DNA of 64,000 nt from Methanothrix sp. Lineage in GTDB: Archaea; Halobacteriota; Methanosarcinia; Methanotrichales; Methanotrichaceae. Where the stretch lies: contig JAPKYA010000042.1 of the NCBI GenBank assembly GCA_026394565.1, positions 1,803-65,802 of the forward strand. The letters are read 5' to 3'. A program made the translations under genes and the position numbers. How positions within the stretch are numbered: position 1 is the stretch's first letter; each line of letters starts with the position of its first letter. Positions 9,624 to 18,935 of the stretch are shown in pieces. Under the pieces are notes generated by a model. That model was not told the DNA's origin and ran no database searches. It saw only the letters and a program-made list of their open reading frames with translations.

Positions 9624-11044
9624 GAGTGATATCAATATTTGCCTGCAAAAAGAAAGACTACAAAAAGTTGCTGCAATCAGCAGCTCTTATCATCTTTTTC
9701 ACCATGGCGGCCCTTTCCATTCTTTCTCTCCTTTCCAGTCCCGTCTTTGCCACCGAAGCCATCCAGGCTCCGCAGTTCACTGTTGTGGGAGTGGACGGAA
9801 AGAACTTCTCTCTTTCCGACTTTTTGGGCGCGCCCCTAATTTTGCATATCACCAACATCGAGATCCCGCTGTGCGTTGAATGCGAAAAATCCCTGAAGGG
9901 GCAGGTAGAGGAGCTGGCAAAGCTCAAGGCCAACGACCCCGGGGCCCAGATAGTCACAATAAACCTGAGAAAGAATTCCTACTCGCGAGACGGCAAGTCC
10001 CTGGCTGAGAAGTGGTGGAAGGTCAATGTCACCTGGCCCTGGGCCGAGGACATTGAGCCCTATTCCATTGGAAGCAAATATCTGGACTACTGGAATGTGA
10101 GAGGCGGCTCCTCCAATCCGACTCTCCTGCTGATCGACAAAGAGGGCAATGTCGCCGGAGTCTATCACGTCTACAGGGTAGGGGAGGGGGAGCTGGACGG
10201 CGTGCAGAGTGCCGAGAAGCTTTACCAGAAGCTGCAAGATGTGGGCGGCTCAACGTGGACGGGCCTGGAGGGAAAGGTCTTCGGGCAGGAAGTGACCGCT
10301 TACACAATGTTTTTAGCGGGCATTTTTACATCGCTGGCTCCATGCTCCATCGCTCTCTTGATTGCTGTATTCTCCTATGTTATGACGGCGCGCAGGAAAG
10401 ATGAGTATCTGCGGAGGAGTGCCTCCACTTCCAGAGAGGGATTTATGATTGGAGTTGCCTTTACCCTGGGAATGGCCGCCGTCTTCTTTGTGCTGGGGCT
10501 CTTCATCTCTCAGGTGGGCCTTTTCATTCGCGACTCAAGGCTCTTCGACCTGGCAGCCGGCCTGATCATGATCATCCTCGGCATCAGCAACCTCAAGCCC
10601 CTGGAAGAGATCCTGGAGCCGGTGACATCCAGAATTCGGCCTGATCGAGGGGCGTATTGTGAGACAAAGAAGAGCCTGCTGCAAAGGTCGGTTGAGACCT
10701 CTGTTGGTCTATTCAAGTACTCCGCCTTCCTTGGAGCCTTCACGCTGGGCATCTTCTTTGCCCTGGGCTGGGCGCCCTGTGCCCTCTCCATGGTGATGCC
10801 GGTATTGATCTGGCTGGCATCGCAAAACGTCACTCCTCTGGCAGGAGGCGTGATGCTTGCCATCTTCGGAATCGGGCATGGCGTGCCCATCATTCCCATT
10901 GCCACCTTCTCCCGGACGGTGGGCGGAAGGATCGCAGAGAAGTATGTCTCCATTGGAGCGTGGACTACCAAATTCTTCGGGCTGCTGGTAATAGTGGTGG
11001 GCGTGGTGTATGCGGCGAGGTATGCCGGGTTTTTGCTTTGGTGA
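9614..11044 (+). CDS. Redoxin (TlpA-like) domain fused to CcdA/DsbD-type transmembrane domain
   Basis: APQFTV..G..SLSDF, CVEC, PTLLLIDKEG, then TM helices with APC and WAPC cysteines typical of CcdA. True start may be ~9703. Confidence 0.85.
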   Translation: MDLRVISIFACKKKDYKKLLQSAALIIFFTMAALSILSLLSSPVFATEAIQAPQFTVVGVDGKNFSLSDFLGAPLILHITNIEIPLCVECEKSLKGQVEELAKLKANDPGAQIVTINLRKNSYSRDGKSLAEKWWKVNVTWPWAEDIEPYSIGSKYLDYWNVRGGSSNPTLLLIDKEGNVAGVYHVYRVGEGELDGVQSAEKLYQKLQDVGGSTWTGLEGKVFGQEVTAYTMFLAGIFTSLAPCSIALLIAVFSYVMTARRKDEYLRRSASTSREGFMIGVAFTLGMAAVFFVLGLFISQVGLFIRDSRLFDLAAGLIMIILGISNLKPLEEILEPVTSRIRPDRGAYCETKKSLLQRSVETSVGLFKYSAFLGAFTLGIFFALGWAPCALSMVMPVLIWLASQNVTPLAGGVMLAIFGIGHGVPIIPIATFSRTVGGRIAEKYVSIGAWTTKFFGLLVIVVGVVYAARYAGFLLW

Positions 11045-11118
11045 AGGCCCGGATTATTTTTCCTTTTTTTTAAAAATTTCCGAAACCTCTTTATAATCTT
11101 CCAGACAACCTGCTGCTC

Positions 11119-11703
11119 ATGAAAACTCACGTCGCTCTTCTTTTCATCCCGCTCCTCTTGCTCATGGCGGGCCTGGCCGGTGCTTCCTACTGGTTCCAGG
11201 TGATCGATGTCACGCCCATTGAGATGATGCCGGACAGCGAAGCCAACTTTACAGTCTCTGTCAAGGGGCTGGGCAGCGAGAGGGCCTATGTAGAGCTGGT
11301 CTTCAAGAACATGACCGATGGACTGGATTTCACCTGCCCGAAGATGATAAAAAACGTCTATCCGGCGGGCGTGACCAAATACAACTGCACCGTCAAGGCC
11401 GCGGATGTGGTGCCGGGCAACTACTCCTTTGTGGTGGATGTTGCCGCTCGGGGATCGCCCTCCGGCAAGAAGACCGCCTTCATTAATATAGTAGCTGCCA
11501 AGGGAGGCGTGGCAATTGAGCCAGAGAAGCAGGCGATCTATGCGGGGCCGGCGCTGCAAACATATAATGCATCCGGGACAGACCTGGGCAATCAAACCCC
11601 AGCCGAGGCTCCGGCCAAGCAAACGGCCCAGAAAACCCCGGCCCCAGGGGCGATAGCGGCAATTTTCGCAGTGCTGGTTGCCATGCGATGGATGAAGAGA
11701 TAA
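11119..11703 (+). CDS. Exported Ig-like protein with PGF-CTERM-like C-terminal sorting signal
   Basis: Signal peptide, Pro/Ala/Thr linker, C-terminal TPAPG + hydrophobic helix + basic tail (RWMKR). Confidence 0.7.
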   Translation: MKTHVALLFIPLLLLMAGLAGASYWFQVIDVTPIEMMPDSEANFTVSVKGLGSERAYVELVFKNMTDGLDFTCPKMIKNVYPAGVTKYNCTVKAADVVPGNYSFVVDVAARGSPSGKKTAFINIVAAKGGVAIEPEKQAIYAGPALQTYNASGTDLGNQTPAEAPAKQTAQKTPAPGAIAAIFAVLVAMRWMKR

Positions 11704-11724
11704 ATAATCGTTTTATCTCTAAGA

Positions 11725-12645
11725 TTATATATCTTCATCCATCTCCCAGCCCAGCCGCTCTTTGATGATCAGATAGCTCATCTCTGGGGGTATGACTCCC
11801 ACCTCTGTGCAGATCATGTCGATGTACTGATGGGGCGTGACATCAAAGGCCGGATTTCTCACTCGAACGTGACTGTACTTGGAAATGTCTGGCAAGACCT
11901 CCCCGGCCTCGCGCTCCTCAATGGTGACCAGCTCTCCTAAAATCGTTTGGGGGCTGAACTTGTAGGTCTCGGCTGCCACCATGAAGCTCGTTCTGGCCTC
12001 GCTGGCGAAGAGCGCGATCTGGGCTGTGCCGATCTTGTTTACCAGAGTTCCGTTGGCCGTTATCACATCCGCTCCCACTACCACCAGATCTACCTCATTC
12101 ATGACGCTTCTGGCCGCCGAGTCGACAATCAGCTCCGTCTCGATCCCGAGCCTATCCAGCATGCCGATGGTGGTGATGCCCTGAAATCTGGGTCGCGACT
12201 CGGTGGCTATCACCTTGATCTTCTTTCCCGATTTATGGGCTGTACTGAGGACGGAGATGGCAGCCAGAGAGTTGCAGTGGGTGAGCACAACATCGCCATC
12301 CCTGATCCTGCGGCTGCCGATCCGGCCGATTTTCTCCAGAGCCTTTTCGGAATTCTCGATGAAGCAATTGGCGTTAAGAACCACGGCCGTTCGAGCCGAA
12401 GCCAGGGTCTCTGCCCTGTACTTCATCACCATGCGTATGGCGTTGGAGAGAGAGACCGCCGTAGGCCTGGTCTTGAGAAGGAGGTCGGCAGCCCTCTTCA
12501 TCTGCAAGTTGAAATCCTCAAGGCTACGCGCTTCTATTGCCAGGGAAAAGTCGCGCAGTGATGCTGCTGCGGCTGTAGCAATTCGGCCCGCTCCTCGGAT
12601 CTCCATGCTGCGAATCTTTTCTGATGTTTCCAGTACCTGATCCAT
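11725..12645 (-). CDS. Ribose-1,5-bisphosphate isomerase (eIF-2B alpha/beta/delta family)
   Basis: MEIRGAGRIA, RPTAVSL, LTHCNS, ESRPRFQG, NKIGT and NPAFDVTP motifs. Start placed at MDQVL (the ORF extends to 12717). Confidence 0.88.
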   Translation of the reverse strand: MDQVLETSEKIRSMEIRGAGRIATAAAASLRDFSLAIEARSLEDFNLQMKRAADLLLKTRPTAVSLSNAIRMVMKYRAETLASARTAVVLNANCFIENSEKALEKIGRIGSRRIRDGDVVLTHCNSLAAISVLSTAHKSGKKIKVIATESRPRFQGITTIGMLDRLGIETELIVDSAARSVMNEVDLVVVGADVITANGTLVNKIGTAQIALFASEARTSFMVAAETYKFSPQTILGELVTIEEREAGEVLPDISKYSHVRVRNPAFDVTPHQYIDMICTEVGVIPPEMSYLIIKERLGWEMDEDI

Positions 12646-12765
12646 CGGTTTCATCTTACCTTTTTGAGCTGGATTAGGATAAATCCATTTCCTATATCTT
12701 TGATCAATTACATGCAAAAGTTATTAATAGAATATAGGCATCTTTTAGCAGGGGGTAGAAAGTGA

Positions 12766-13323
12766 TTGGAGGAAAACGATCGGGAGTTTTTGCGCGCGCT
12801 TCATGAAGAGAAAATCAGAACGCAAAATGAGCGCACGCAGCTCATCACCATGAAGCTGGCCTTTATTACCGTTCTCTTCGGACTCAGCTCCGTCAATTTA
12901 GGAATCGATATCGCTGAAATATTCTGGCTGCTTTACTTTGTTCCTCTCGTGGCCATAAGCTACGACCTTTATATCATGTCCGCCGACTCTCGGATCAAGC
13001 GCGTAGGAATCTTTCTGGGCAGAAATCCGGTCTCTTTGGCCGGCAAGGCGGAAAGGGAATGGGAGCGCTTTTGCAATTCTTATCGGGATGACATGGCACC
13101 TTCCGCCAATATGTTCTTCTCAACCATTGTAACCCTGGGGGCAGCGGCCTTTATCCACTCCCTGAGCGACTGGAGTGAGAGATATATGCGGCTTTGGTTT
13201 GCCTTCTGGCTGGTCGTCTCTCTGACGGCCGTCATCATCCTGTGGATGAGGCATCAGATGCTCATTAAAAACATCGGCGACTACGAGCCGTTTGAAAGAG
13301 AGAGACGAGCAACAGTGCCATGA
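12766..13323 (+). CDS. Hypothetical membrane protein (~4 TM)
   Basis: 185-aa ORF with a purine-rich upstream stretch, a charged N-terminus and four hydrophobic segments. Confidence 0.65.
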   Translation: MEENDREFLRALHEEKIRTQNERTQLITMKLAFITVLFGLSSVNLGIDIAEIFWLLYFVPLVAISYDLYIMSADSRIKRVGIFLGRNPVSLAGKAEREWERFCNSYRDDMAPSANMFFSTIVTLGAAAFIHSLSDWSERYMRLWFAFWLVVSLTAVIILWMRHQMLIKNIGDYEPFERERRATVP

Positions 13324-13517
13324 CCGACGATATGGGGGTGATATTTGGGATTGCCCTCTTCGAGACCGTTTTCAGCGCTACGGCCCAGGGCGATGCCTCT
13401 ATACATCAGGCATCCATTCAGATAATAGCCCTGGGCTTTCACCACGCCGTTCTGCTGGGAATTATGGCCTCTCTGATGGCTCTGGTCATTTCTTTGATGA
13501 TTCGGAATAATTGCTGA
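13320..13517 (+). pseudogene. C-terminal remnant of a DHA2-type MFS transporter
   Basis: MGVIFGIALFETVF...GFHHA.LLG..SL.ALVISL resembles the last two helices of 14-TM MFS proteins; no upstream part is present. Confidence 0.5.
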
Positions 13518-13572
13518 TTGCTGATAGAACTATAAAAAAAAGCAGACCGCCTCATGCGGTCGCTGCAAGATC

Positions 13573-14676
13573 TCATCCATCCATCACATTATTGCTGTAA
13601 TCGTTTTCGCCTCCCAGGCCCATGCAGTTGCATCTGCCGTTAGCCCATTGGCAGCCGGGATTGCTCTGGCACTCTGCTACCGGATTTGGTGCAGGATTGA
13701 AAGGCTCGGGCTCTGGATTGGGAACGGGTCCAGGCATGAGCTCAGGGTCTAGCCCCCGGCAGTAGCACTGACCATTGACCCAATCGCAGAGAGGATTTTT
13801 CTCGCATTCCGCTACAGGATTGGGAGCCGGACCGACATTTGTGCATTCTCCATTAACCCACTGCCAGGGCCATCCTTTTGCCTCACATTCAGCTACCGGA
13901 TCGGGAACTGGGGGCATGTATTTACATTGTCCATCCTGCCATATCCAAGGCCATCCTTTTGCCTGGCATTCCTTTTGTGGATCGGGCTTTGGTGTAGGAG
14001 TGGGTTTAGGCGTTATGATGGTTCCTGTAGCTCCATATACGTCGATTATGACTTGATTGCTGTATCCGCTGTTGGTGGAGAATATGCTGCTGTGCCGTCC
14101 TGGCGCATCGGCATAGTACCAGATGTAGTAGTAGCCGGGCTGCACCAATCCCAGGTTATTTCCCAGGACATAGCCGCTGGGATAGATCTCGTAAATGGTA
14201 ACGGGAGACGCTTGCGGCACATAGATCAGCTCTCTCGTCCATCCACCCCAGGGCAGTGTGGCATATAACGTCCAGCTAACGGCTCTCTCTATCCACAGAC
14301 TCGGCTTATTGCTGGGAAATGTAGTGGTAAAGTCATTCCAGGCCAGGTAATCTCCGTTGTAGTACATGTACCTGGGCGGACTCGTAAGAACTGCGGAAGG
14401 CATCAGCTTTTTCAGATCCGTTGTGGGTGGGGCCTGCCCCGTATAGACGGCCATCTCGGTTCCGCTGTCCGTAGAAGTCGCCTGAGGCGCACCGGTATCA
14501 ACAAAGGCGTCTTGCACATTGCTGAGCGGAACCAGAGCACTGAAATCTGATATAGTCATATTCTTTGCATTGATATTTCCCGATTGGTCCAGTCCTCCCA
14601 AAGATAGGCTGCAAAGGAGGAGTGTGGCTATAGCAATCCGAAATAACAGATGTTCGGCTTTCATGTTCCACCACAT
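13573..14676 (-). CDS. Exported protein with C-terminal Cys/Trp/Pro-rich repeats
   Basis: Signal peptide, aromatic-rich central domain (WYYADAPGRH) and four P.P..ECx(5-7)WxxGxC repeats. Confidence 0.75.
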   Translation of the reverse strand: MWWNMKAEHLLFRIAIATLLLCSLSLGGLDQSGNINAKNMTISDFSALVPLSNVQDAFVDTGAPQATSTDSGTEMAVYTGQAPPTTDLKKLMPSAVLTSPPRYMYYNGDYLAWNDFTTTFPSNKPSLWIERAVSWTLYATLPWGGWTRELIYVPQASPVTIYEIYPSGYVLGNNLGLVQPGYYYIWYYADAPGRHSSIFSTNSGYSNQVIIDVYGATGTIITPKPTPTPKPDPQKECQAKGWPWIWQDGQCKYMPPVPDPVAECEAKGWPWQWVNGECTNVGPAPNPVAECEKNPLCDWVNGQCYCRGLDPELMPGPVPNPEPEPFNPAPNPVAECQSNPGCQWANGRCNCMGLGGENDYSNNVMDG

Positions 14677-14758
14677 TCTTTATTTAATTGCTAACATAAT
14701 CACTATTCATTACGTATAAATTTTTGGTACTGTTTGGCGTGATTCGCAATTGCTCGCA

Positions 14759-16459
14759 TCAGGCCAGGAGGAAGTGCAGAGACGTTCCTACTAAGAGCGC
14801 CGCCACCAGTCTCAATGCCACGGATTTCAGGGTTCCCGAGACGCCCAGCTCCTTCAGCATCACCATGAAAGTTGCCACACAGGGAAAATACATAGCCAGC
14901 ACCACAGAGGCGACCACTAGCTGCGCCGCCGTCATATCCAGGGGCGCGAACATGCCGATCCCCACATCCTTTCTCAAAAAACCGATGATCAATGCCGTAG
15001 CGGCATCACTGGGCAGCCCTAAAAGGCCGGACACGACCGGCCGCATGGTCTCGCCTATCAGGTGCATCAAGCCGGAGAGGAAAAAGAAGTTCATCACAAT
15101 CATGCCCAAAGCAATGTAAGGAACGGCCTCTTTTAAAAATTCGCGAATGCGAATGAAGGTCTTCTTGAGCAGCGAGCCTAAATCCGGCATGCGGTAAGGG
15201 GGGATCTCTAAAAAGATCTCGGGAGACTCTCCGCCTATAAACCTGTGCAGCAGAAAACCTGTGACCGCGAATGTGGTAAAGAGGGACAGGTAGACCGCCA
15301 AAATGTATCTCAGGCCGTAGGGGGCCAGCATTCCGAAGATCATGGCCGATTGCGAGGCGCAGGGTATGGCCATGGTCATGAGCGTGGCCGCCAGATATCT
15401 CTGCTTGGGCGACTCCAGGATGCGCACGGAGAGGACGGCCGGCACGCTGCAGCCCATGCCCAGAACGCAGGGCAGTATGGCCGCTCCATGCAGGCCGATC
15501 CTATGCATGAAAGCGTCCAAAATGATGCTCAGTCGGGGAAGGTAGCCGATGTCCTCCAGGACGCCCAGCACCAGGTAAAAGGGAATCAGGAACGGCAGGA
15601 CCACGCCTAATGGAATATAGAGGCCGGTGGTGAGAATGCCGAAGGACTTGAGCAGCTCCGGAGATGTTCCGATCAGTATGTTCCGCAGCAAGGGCGAGCC
15701 GATATTGCTTTCTATGATACTGGTAATGAACTGAGAGTAGGTGACGAATATCGGGTCGGTGATCTTCACTTGCAGCAGCTCACCTGCTTCAATCACCAGG
15801 CTGAATGAGAAATAGAGCACCAGCATAGCGATGGGAATTCCCGTGAGCGGCTTGATGGAGATATCCTCCAGCCGGTCGAAGAGGGAGGGATGGCGGTGCA
15901 AGACCTTCTGCGTCCTGGCCGCAATCTCGCCTATGCGGGCCCATCTCTGGTCCGGGGAGTCAAAGTGCATGATGGGGGGCTTCTTCGCGCCGGCCAGGGC
16001 CTCCACCAGATCGCGGATGCCCTGGCCGCTCACGGCCACGGTGGGAACTACGCTGACGCAAAGCTCTCTTTCCAGTGCCTCCACATCAATCTCGATGCCC
16101 TTTCTGGTCGCTGCATCCCAGAGGTTTAGGGCCACCACGGTGGGCACGCCCCTCTCCAGGATTTGCAGGGTGAGGTTGAGGTTTCTCTCCAGATTGGTGG
16201 CATCGATGACGTTCACCACCACATCAGCGCCCTTGGTGAAGATCTCGCGGCTGACCTCCTCCACTCGGGAGGTCGGGTCGAGGGAATAGACTCCGGGAGC
16301 ATCCACTAAGGTGGCCATCTTATCGCCCAATTTCATGCGGCCTTCCGTGTACTCCACTGTGGTGCCGGGGTAGTTGGCGGAAATAACCTCGATTCCCGTC
16401 AGCCGGGAGAAGATGACGCTCTTTCCCACGTTGGGATTGCCCATGAGCAAGATTTTCAA
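14759..16459 (-). CDS. feoB: Ferrous iron transporter FeoB
   Basis: GNPNVGKS, NYPGTTVE, DAPG and NLWD G-motifs followed by Gate/TM domains (GMGCSVPA, FPCVAT). TTG start. Confidence 0.93.
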   Translation of the reverse strand: MKILLMGNPNVGKSVIFSRLTGIEVISANYPGTTVEYTEGRMKLGDKMATLVDAPGVYSLDPTSRVEEVSREIFTKGADVVVNVIDATNLERNLNLTLQILERGVPTVVALNLWDAATRKGIEIDVEALERELCVSVVPTVAVSGQGIRDLVEALAGAKKPPIMHFDSPDQRWARIGEIAARTQKVLHRHPSLFDRLEDISIKPLTGIPIAMLVLYFSFSLVIEAGELLQVKITDPIFVTYSQFITSIIESNIGSPLLRNILIGTSPELLKSFGILTTGLYIPLGVVLPFLIPFYLVLGVLEDIGYLPRLSIILDAFMHRIGLHGAAILPCVLGMGCSVPAVLSVRILESPKQRYLAATLMTMAIPCASQSAMIFGMLAPYGLRYILAVYLSLFTTFAVTGFLLHRFIGGESPEIFLEIPPYRMPDLGSLLKKTFIRIREFLKEAVPYIALGMIVMNFFFLSGLMHLIGETMRPVVSGLLGLPSDAATALIIGFLRKDVGIGMFAPLDMTAAQLVVASVVLAMYFPCVATFMVMLKELGVSGTLKSVALRLVAALLVGTSLHFLLA

Positions 16460-16484
16460 GGTCGTAGGCTCGCTTTTTTATTAT

Positions 16485-17039
16485 TCATAAGGACTTTTCA
16501 ATTATCCCGGAAACGTCCGCCGTATCTCTGGATACAGCCCAGCCCCATTTTCCAAAGCCGCCGTGAGCATTCATGGCTCTTACCCGTTCATCCAGGAATC
16601 TGCGCTTGGTTTTGTCCACATGGGCGTCTATTCCCTTAACCTCAAGAACCAGATGGACATCGCCATTCAAGTGAATGATGTAGTCCAGCCAGTATTTCTT
16701 TACCAATCCCAGGAAGATGAATGAGATCTCAAAGCCCAGATGAAGAACATTTTCGCGTTGATCTTCGAATCTTGCCTCAATTAAATTCATTTCGTCTATA
16801 ATGTCTTGCTCCTTCTTATTAGCGGCGGCAAACTTGATTTTTTCCAGGCCACCCCGAGCATGCAGCGCAAAAGAGAGCCCGCCGTCGGGCCGGGCGATAT
16901 CGGCAAGGAAGCGAAGCGCATCCAGGAGATTCGACTTACCGATTCCGTTCGGGCCCATTATGAAGGTGCGAGCACTGAGGGGAATGTCAACGGACTGAAA
17001 GTTCTTCCAGTTCTTCAAAATCAATCGAGAGATCATCAT
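16485..17039 (-). pseudogene. Chimeric remnant: SMC/RecF-like ABC ATPase N-terminus fused in frame to type III restriction (Res) C-terminus
   Basis: N-terminus LKNWKNF..GPNGIGKSNLLDAL (Walker A, no Walker B). C-terminus HLGFEI..KY..D..LVLEVKG..DKTKR..NAHGGFGKW is typical of Res C-termini. Confidence 0.7.
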
Positions 17040-17040
17040 C

Positions 17041-17829
17041 TCACTTCACTTCCATAATTCTCAGGCTCTCAATGCCCCGGTCGTTAATGATCTTCACGGC
17101 CACCCGCTCATGGGGCCCGGGCGGGAAGGGCAGGGAGAGCGTGCCCCGGTAGGCCTCCATCAGCTCCTCGTCCACATATGCTTTCAGATTTTTGGCGAGG
17201 CGCGACCATCCGTCCTTGTCTCCGGAAAGGGGAAAGAAGACCTGGCGGGGGAAGAGGCTTCTGCCGTCGTAGTCGGTGTCCTGCATCCACATGGCAATAT
17301 TCTCCGTGCCGCCCGATACGACCGTGCCTGTACGCGGATCGAAATAGTCGAAGCCCTGCACCTCCACCTGGTACTTGTCTTTGTCCTTTCCCTCCTTAAC
17401 TCTGAAGAGTCGCACATCCGGCTGGCCGATCAGCCAGAAGCTCTCGTTGCTGGCTCTCTTCTTCTTGAGGTCCTCGGTGAAGAGATCGGCATTCATCTGC
17501 ACCTTGAGCAAGGTCAGGCCGGGCCAGTTTGTCTCGTCGATGTCTTTGGCGGCTTCTGGATCGAACTGGAAGGCAGCAAGTACTATTTTTTTAGGCCTGG
17601 GCACCAGAAATTGAGCCTCCTCGATGGCCCGTCCCACCTGGCGCTGCTCCGCCTTTCCGGCCCAGACAAGCTGGGGATCGAGATGCGGATCGTAAGAGTA
17701 GCTGCGGCTGCCAACCTCATGTTCGGTTTCGGGCGTGACCAGGCCCACGGGCGGGTTGTTGAGCCGCTGCTTGGTCTTGTGCTCGTAGGTCCCGATGGGC
17801 TTTTTATCCGGTTTATGGGCGCTGGTCAT
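17041..17829 (-). pseudogene. Type III R-M Mod (DNA methyltransferase) with the catalytic core deleted
   Basis: The Mod-like N-terminus (RLNNPPVGLV..YDPHLDPQLVWAGKAE) is joined directly to a Mod-like C-terminus (SNESFWLIGQPD..DTDYDGRS..VAVKII.DRG.E). No DPPY or FxGxG motif is present. Confidence 0.75.
17723..17773. repeat. 51-bp direct repeat, copy 1 (mod 5' sequence)
   Basis: 48/51 identical to 18885-18935 by manual alignment. Confidence 0.9.
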
Positions 17830-17941
17830 TTCTGCTCAGGTCTCCCTTCAGCCTTGAGGCGCAGGGGCAAAAAATGTTTCGATGGATTTCTCCATCTAAA
17901 ATATGCCACACCAAAAGATATATCCATATGCACCAAATTAA

Positions 17942-18100
17942 TATCGGGAAGGATATGGAGACCGTTTCGCTGAGCCATTGCAGCCGGATAAATTCGCAAA
18001 TATCGCAGATCTTTGGCAGACGCTTCATGATTTCATGAAATGCTGCAATGCGACTCGCCCACCGGATATTCAGAAGGGGGTTGATTATTACGACCACTGA
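17942..18100 (+). pseudogene. 5'-truncated remnant of the usual DUF1828 partner gene (DUF6978-like)
   Basis: Manual translation [32 protein letters not shown], preceded directly by TAA. Family assignment is from memory. Confidence 0.55.
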
Positions 18101-18857
18101 AGTCCAGCAATTAATGGATGATTATACATCATGGCTCAGAGCCAAGATAACCCTTCGCAGAGTTGATGATTGGTTCGAGATCACTACACCATATCTTGAT
18201 AGACATAACGATTATCTCCAGATCTATGCCAGGAGACAAAACGGCAGCTATATTATGACAGACGACGGATATATTCTGCAGGATCTCATGCAGTCGGGAT
18301 GCGATCTTGACACGCCAAAGAGGTCGGAGTTGCTCAATATGACTCTAAATGGCTTTGGTGTCAAGCTCGTTGAAGGCAGAATGCTCCAGGTCATAACCTC
18401 TCCGGATAATTTTCCTCTGAAGAAGCATAACCTAATTCAGGCTATGCTGGCTGTAAACGACCTATTCTATCTGGCCAAGCCCAATGTTATCAGCCTATTC
18501 CTGGAAGACTTCCTGGCCTGGTTGGAGCAAAATTATATTCGTTATATACCAAATGTAAAATTTGCGGGAAAAAGCGGTTATGATCATCTCTTTGATGCCG
18601 TGATTCCCAAATCTCGCCAGGCTCCGGAAAGAATCCTTCAGGCAATCAATCGTCCGGATAAAAATGAAGCACAAGCTCTAGCCTTCTCCTGGATGGATAC
18701 AAGAGAAGTGCGAAAGCCCGATTCAAAGGCGTATGCATTTCTCAATGATTCGGAAAGAGCGGTCTCACCATCAGTGATCGAAGCGCTTCGAAGCTATGAG
18801 ATTGTGCCTGTACTTTGGAGCAATCGTGATCCGGTCTTGCCTGAATTGACTGCATAG
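18048..18857 (+). CDS. DUF1828/DUF1829 domain protein
   Basis: [34 protein letters not shown] and GKSG.DH.FD motifs. True start probably ~18081-18114. Confidence 0.8.
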   Translation: MRLAHRIFRRGLIITTTEVQQLMDDYTSWLRAKITLRRVDDWFEITTPYLDRHNDYLQIYARRQNGSYIMTDDGYILQDLMQSGCDLDTPKRSELLNMTLNGFGVKLVEGRMLQVITSPDNFPLKKHNLIQAMLAVNDLFYLAKPNVISLFLEDFLAWLEQNYIRYIPNVKFAGKSGYDHLFDAVIPKSRQAPERILQAINRPDKNEAQALAFSWMDTREVRKPDSKAYAFLNDSERAVSPSVIEALRSYEIVPVLWSNRDPVLPELTA

Positions 18858-18884
18858 ATGATTGCTGCGAGGATCGATTCCCGG

Positions 18885-18935
18885 TCGGTTTCAGGCGTGA
18901 CCGGGCCCTCGGGCGGGTTGTTGAGCCGCTGCTTG
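18885..18935. repeat. 51-bp direct repeat, copy 2 (mod 5' sequence)
   Basis: Encodes KQRLNNPPEGPVTPET on the minus strand, versus KQRLNNPPVGLVTPET in mod. Confidence 0.9.

Noticed and set aside
10510-11622. 370-aa minus-strand ORF, and similar long antisense ORFs (17110-17973, 18858-19661, 41314-42132, 51458-52198)
   Set aside because: These are shadows of well-supported genes on the opposite strand and carry no motifs of their own.
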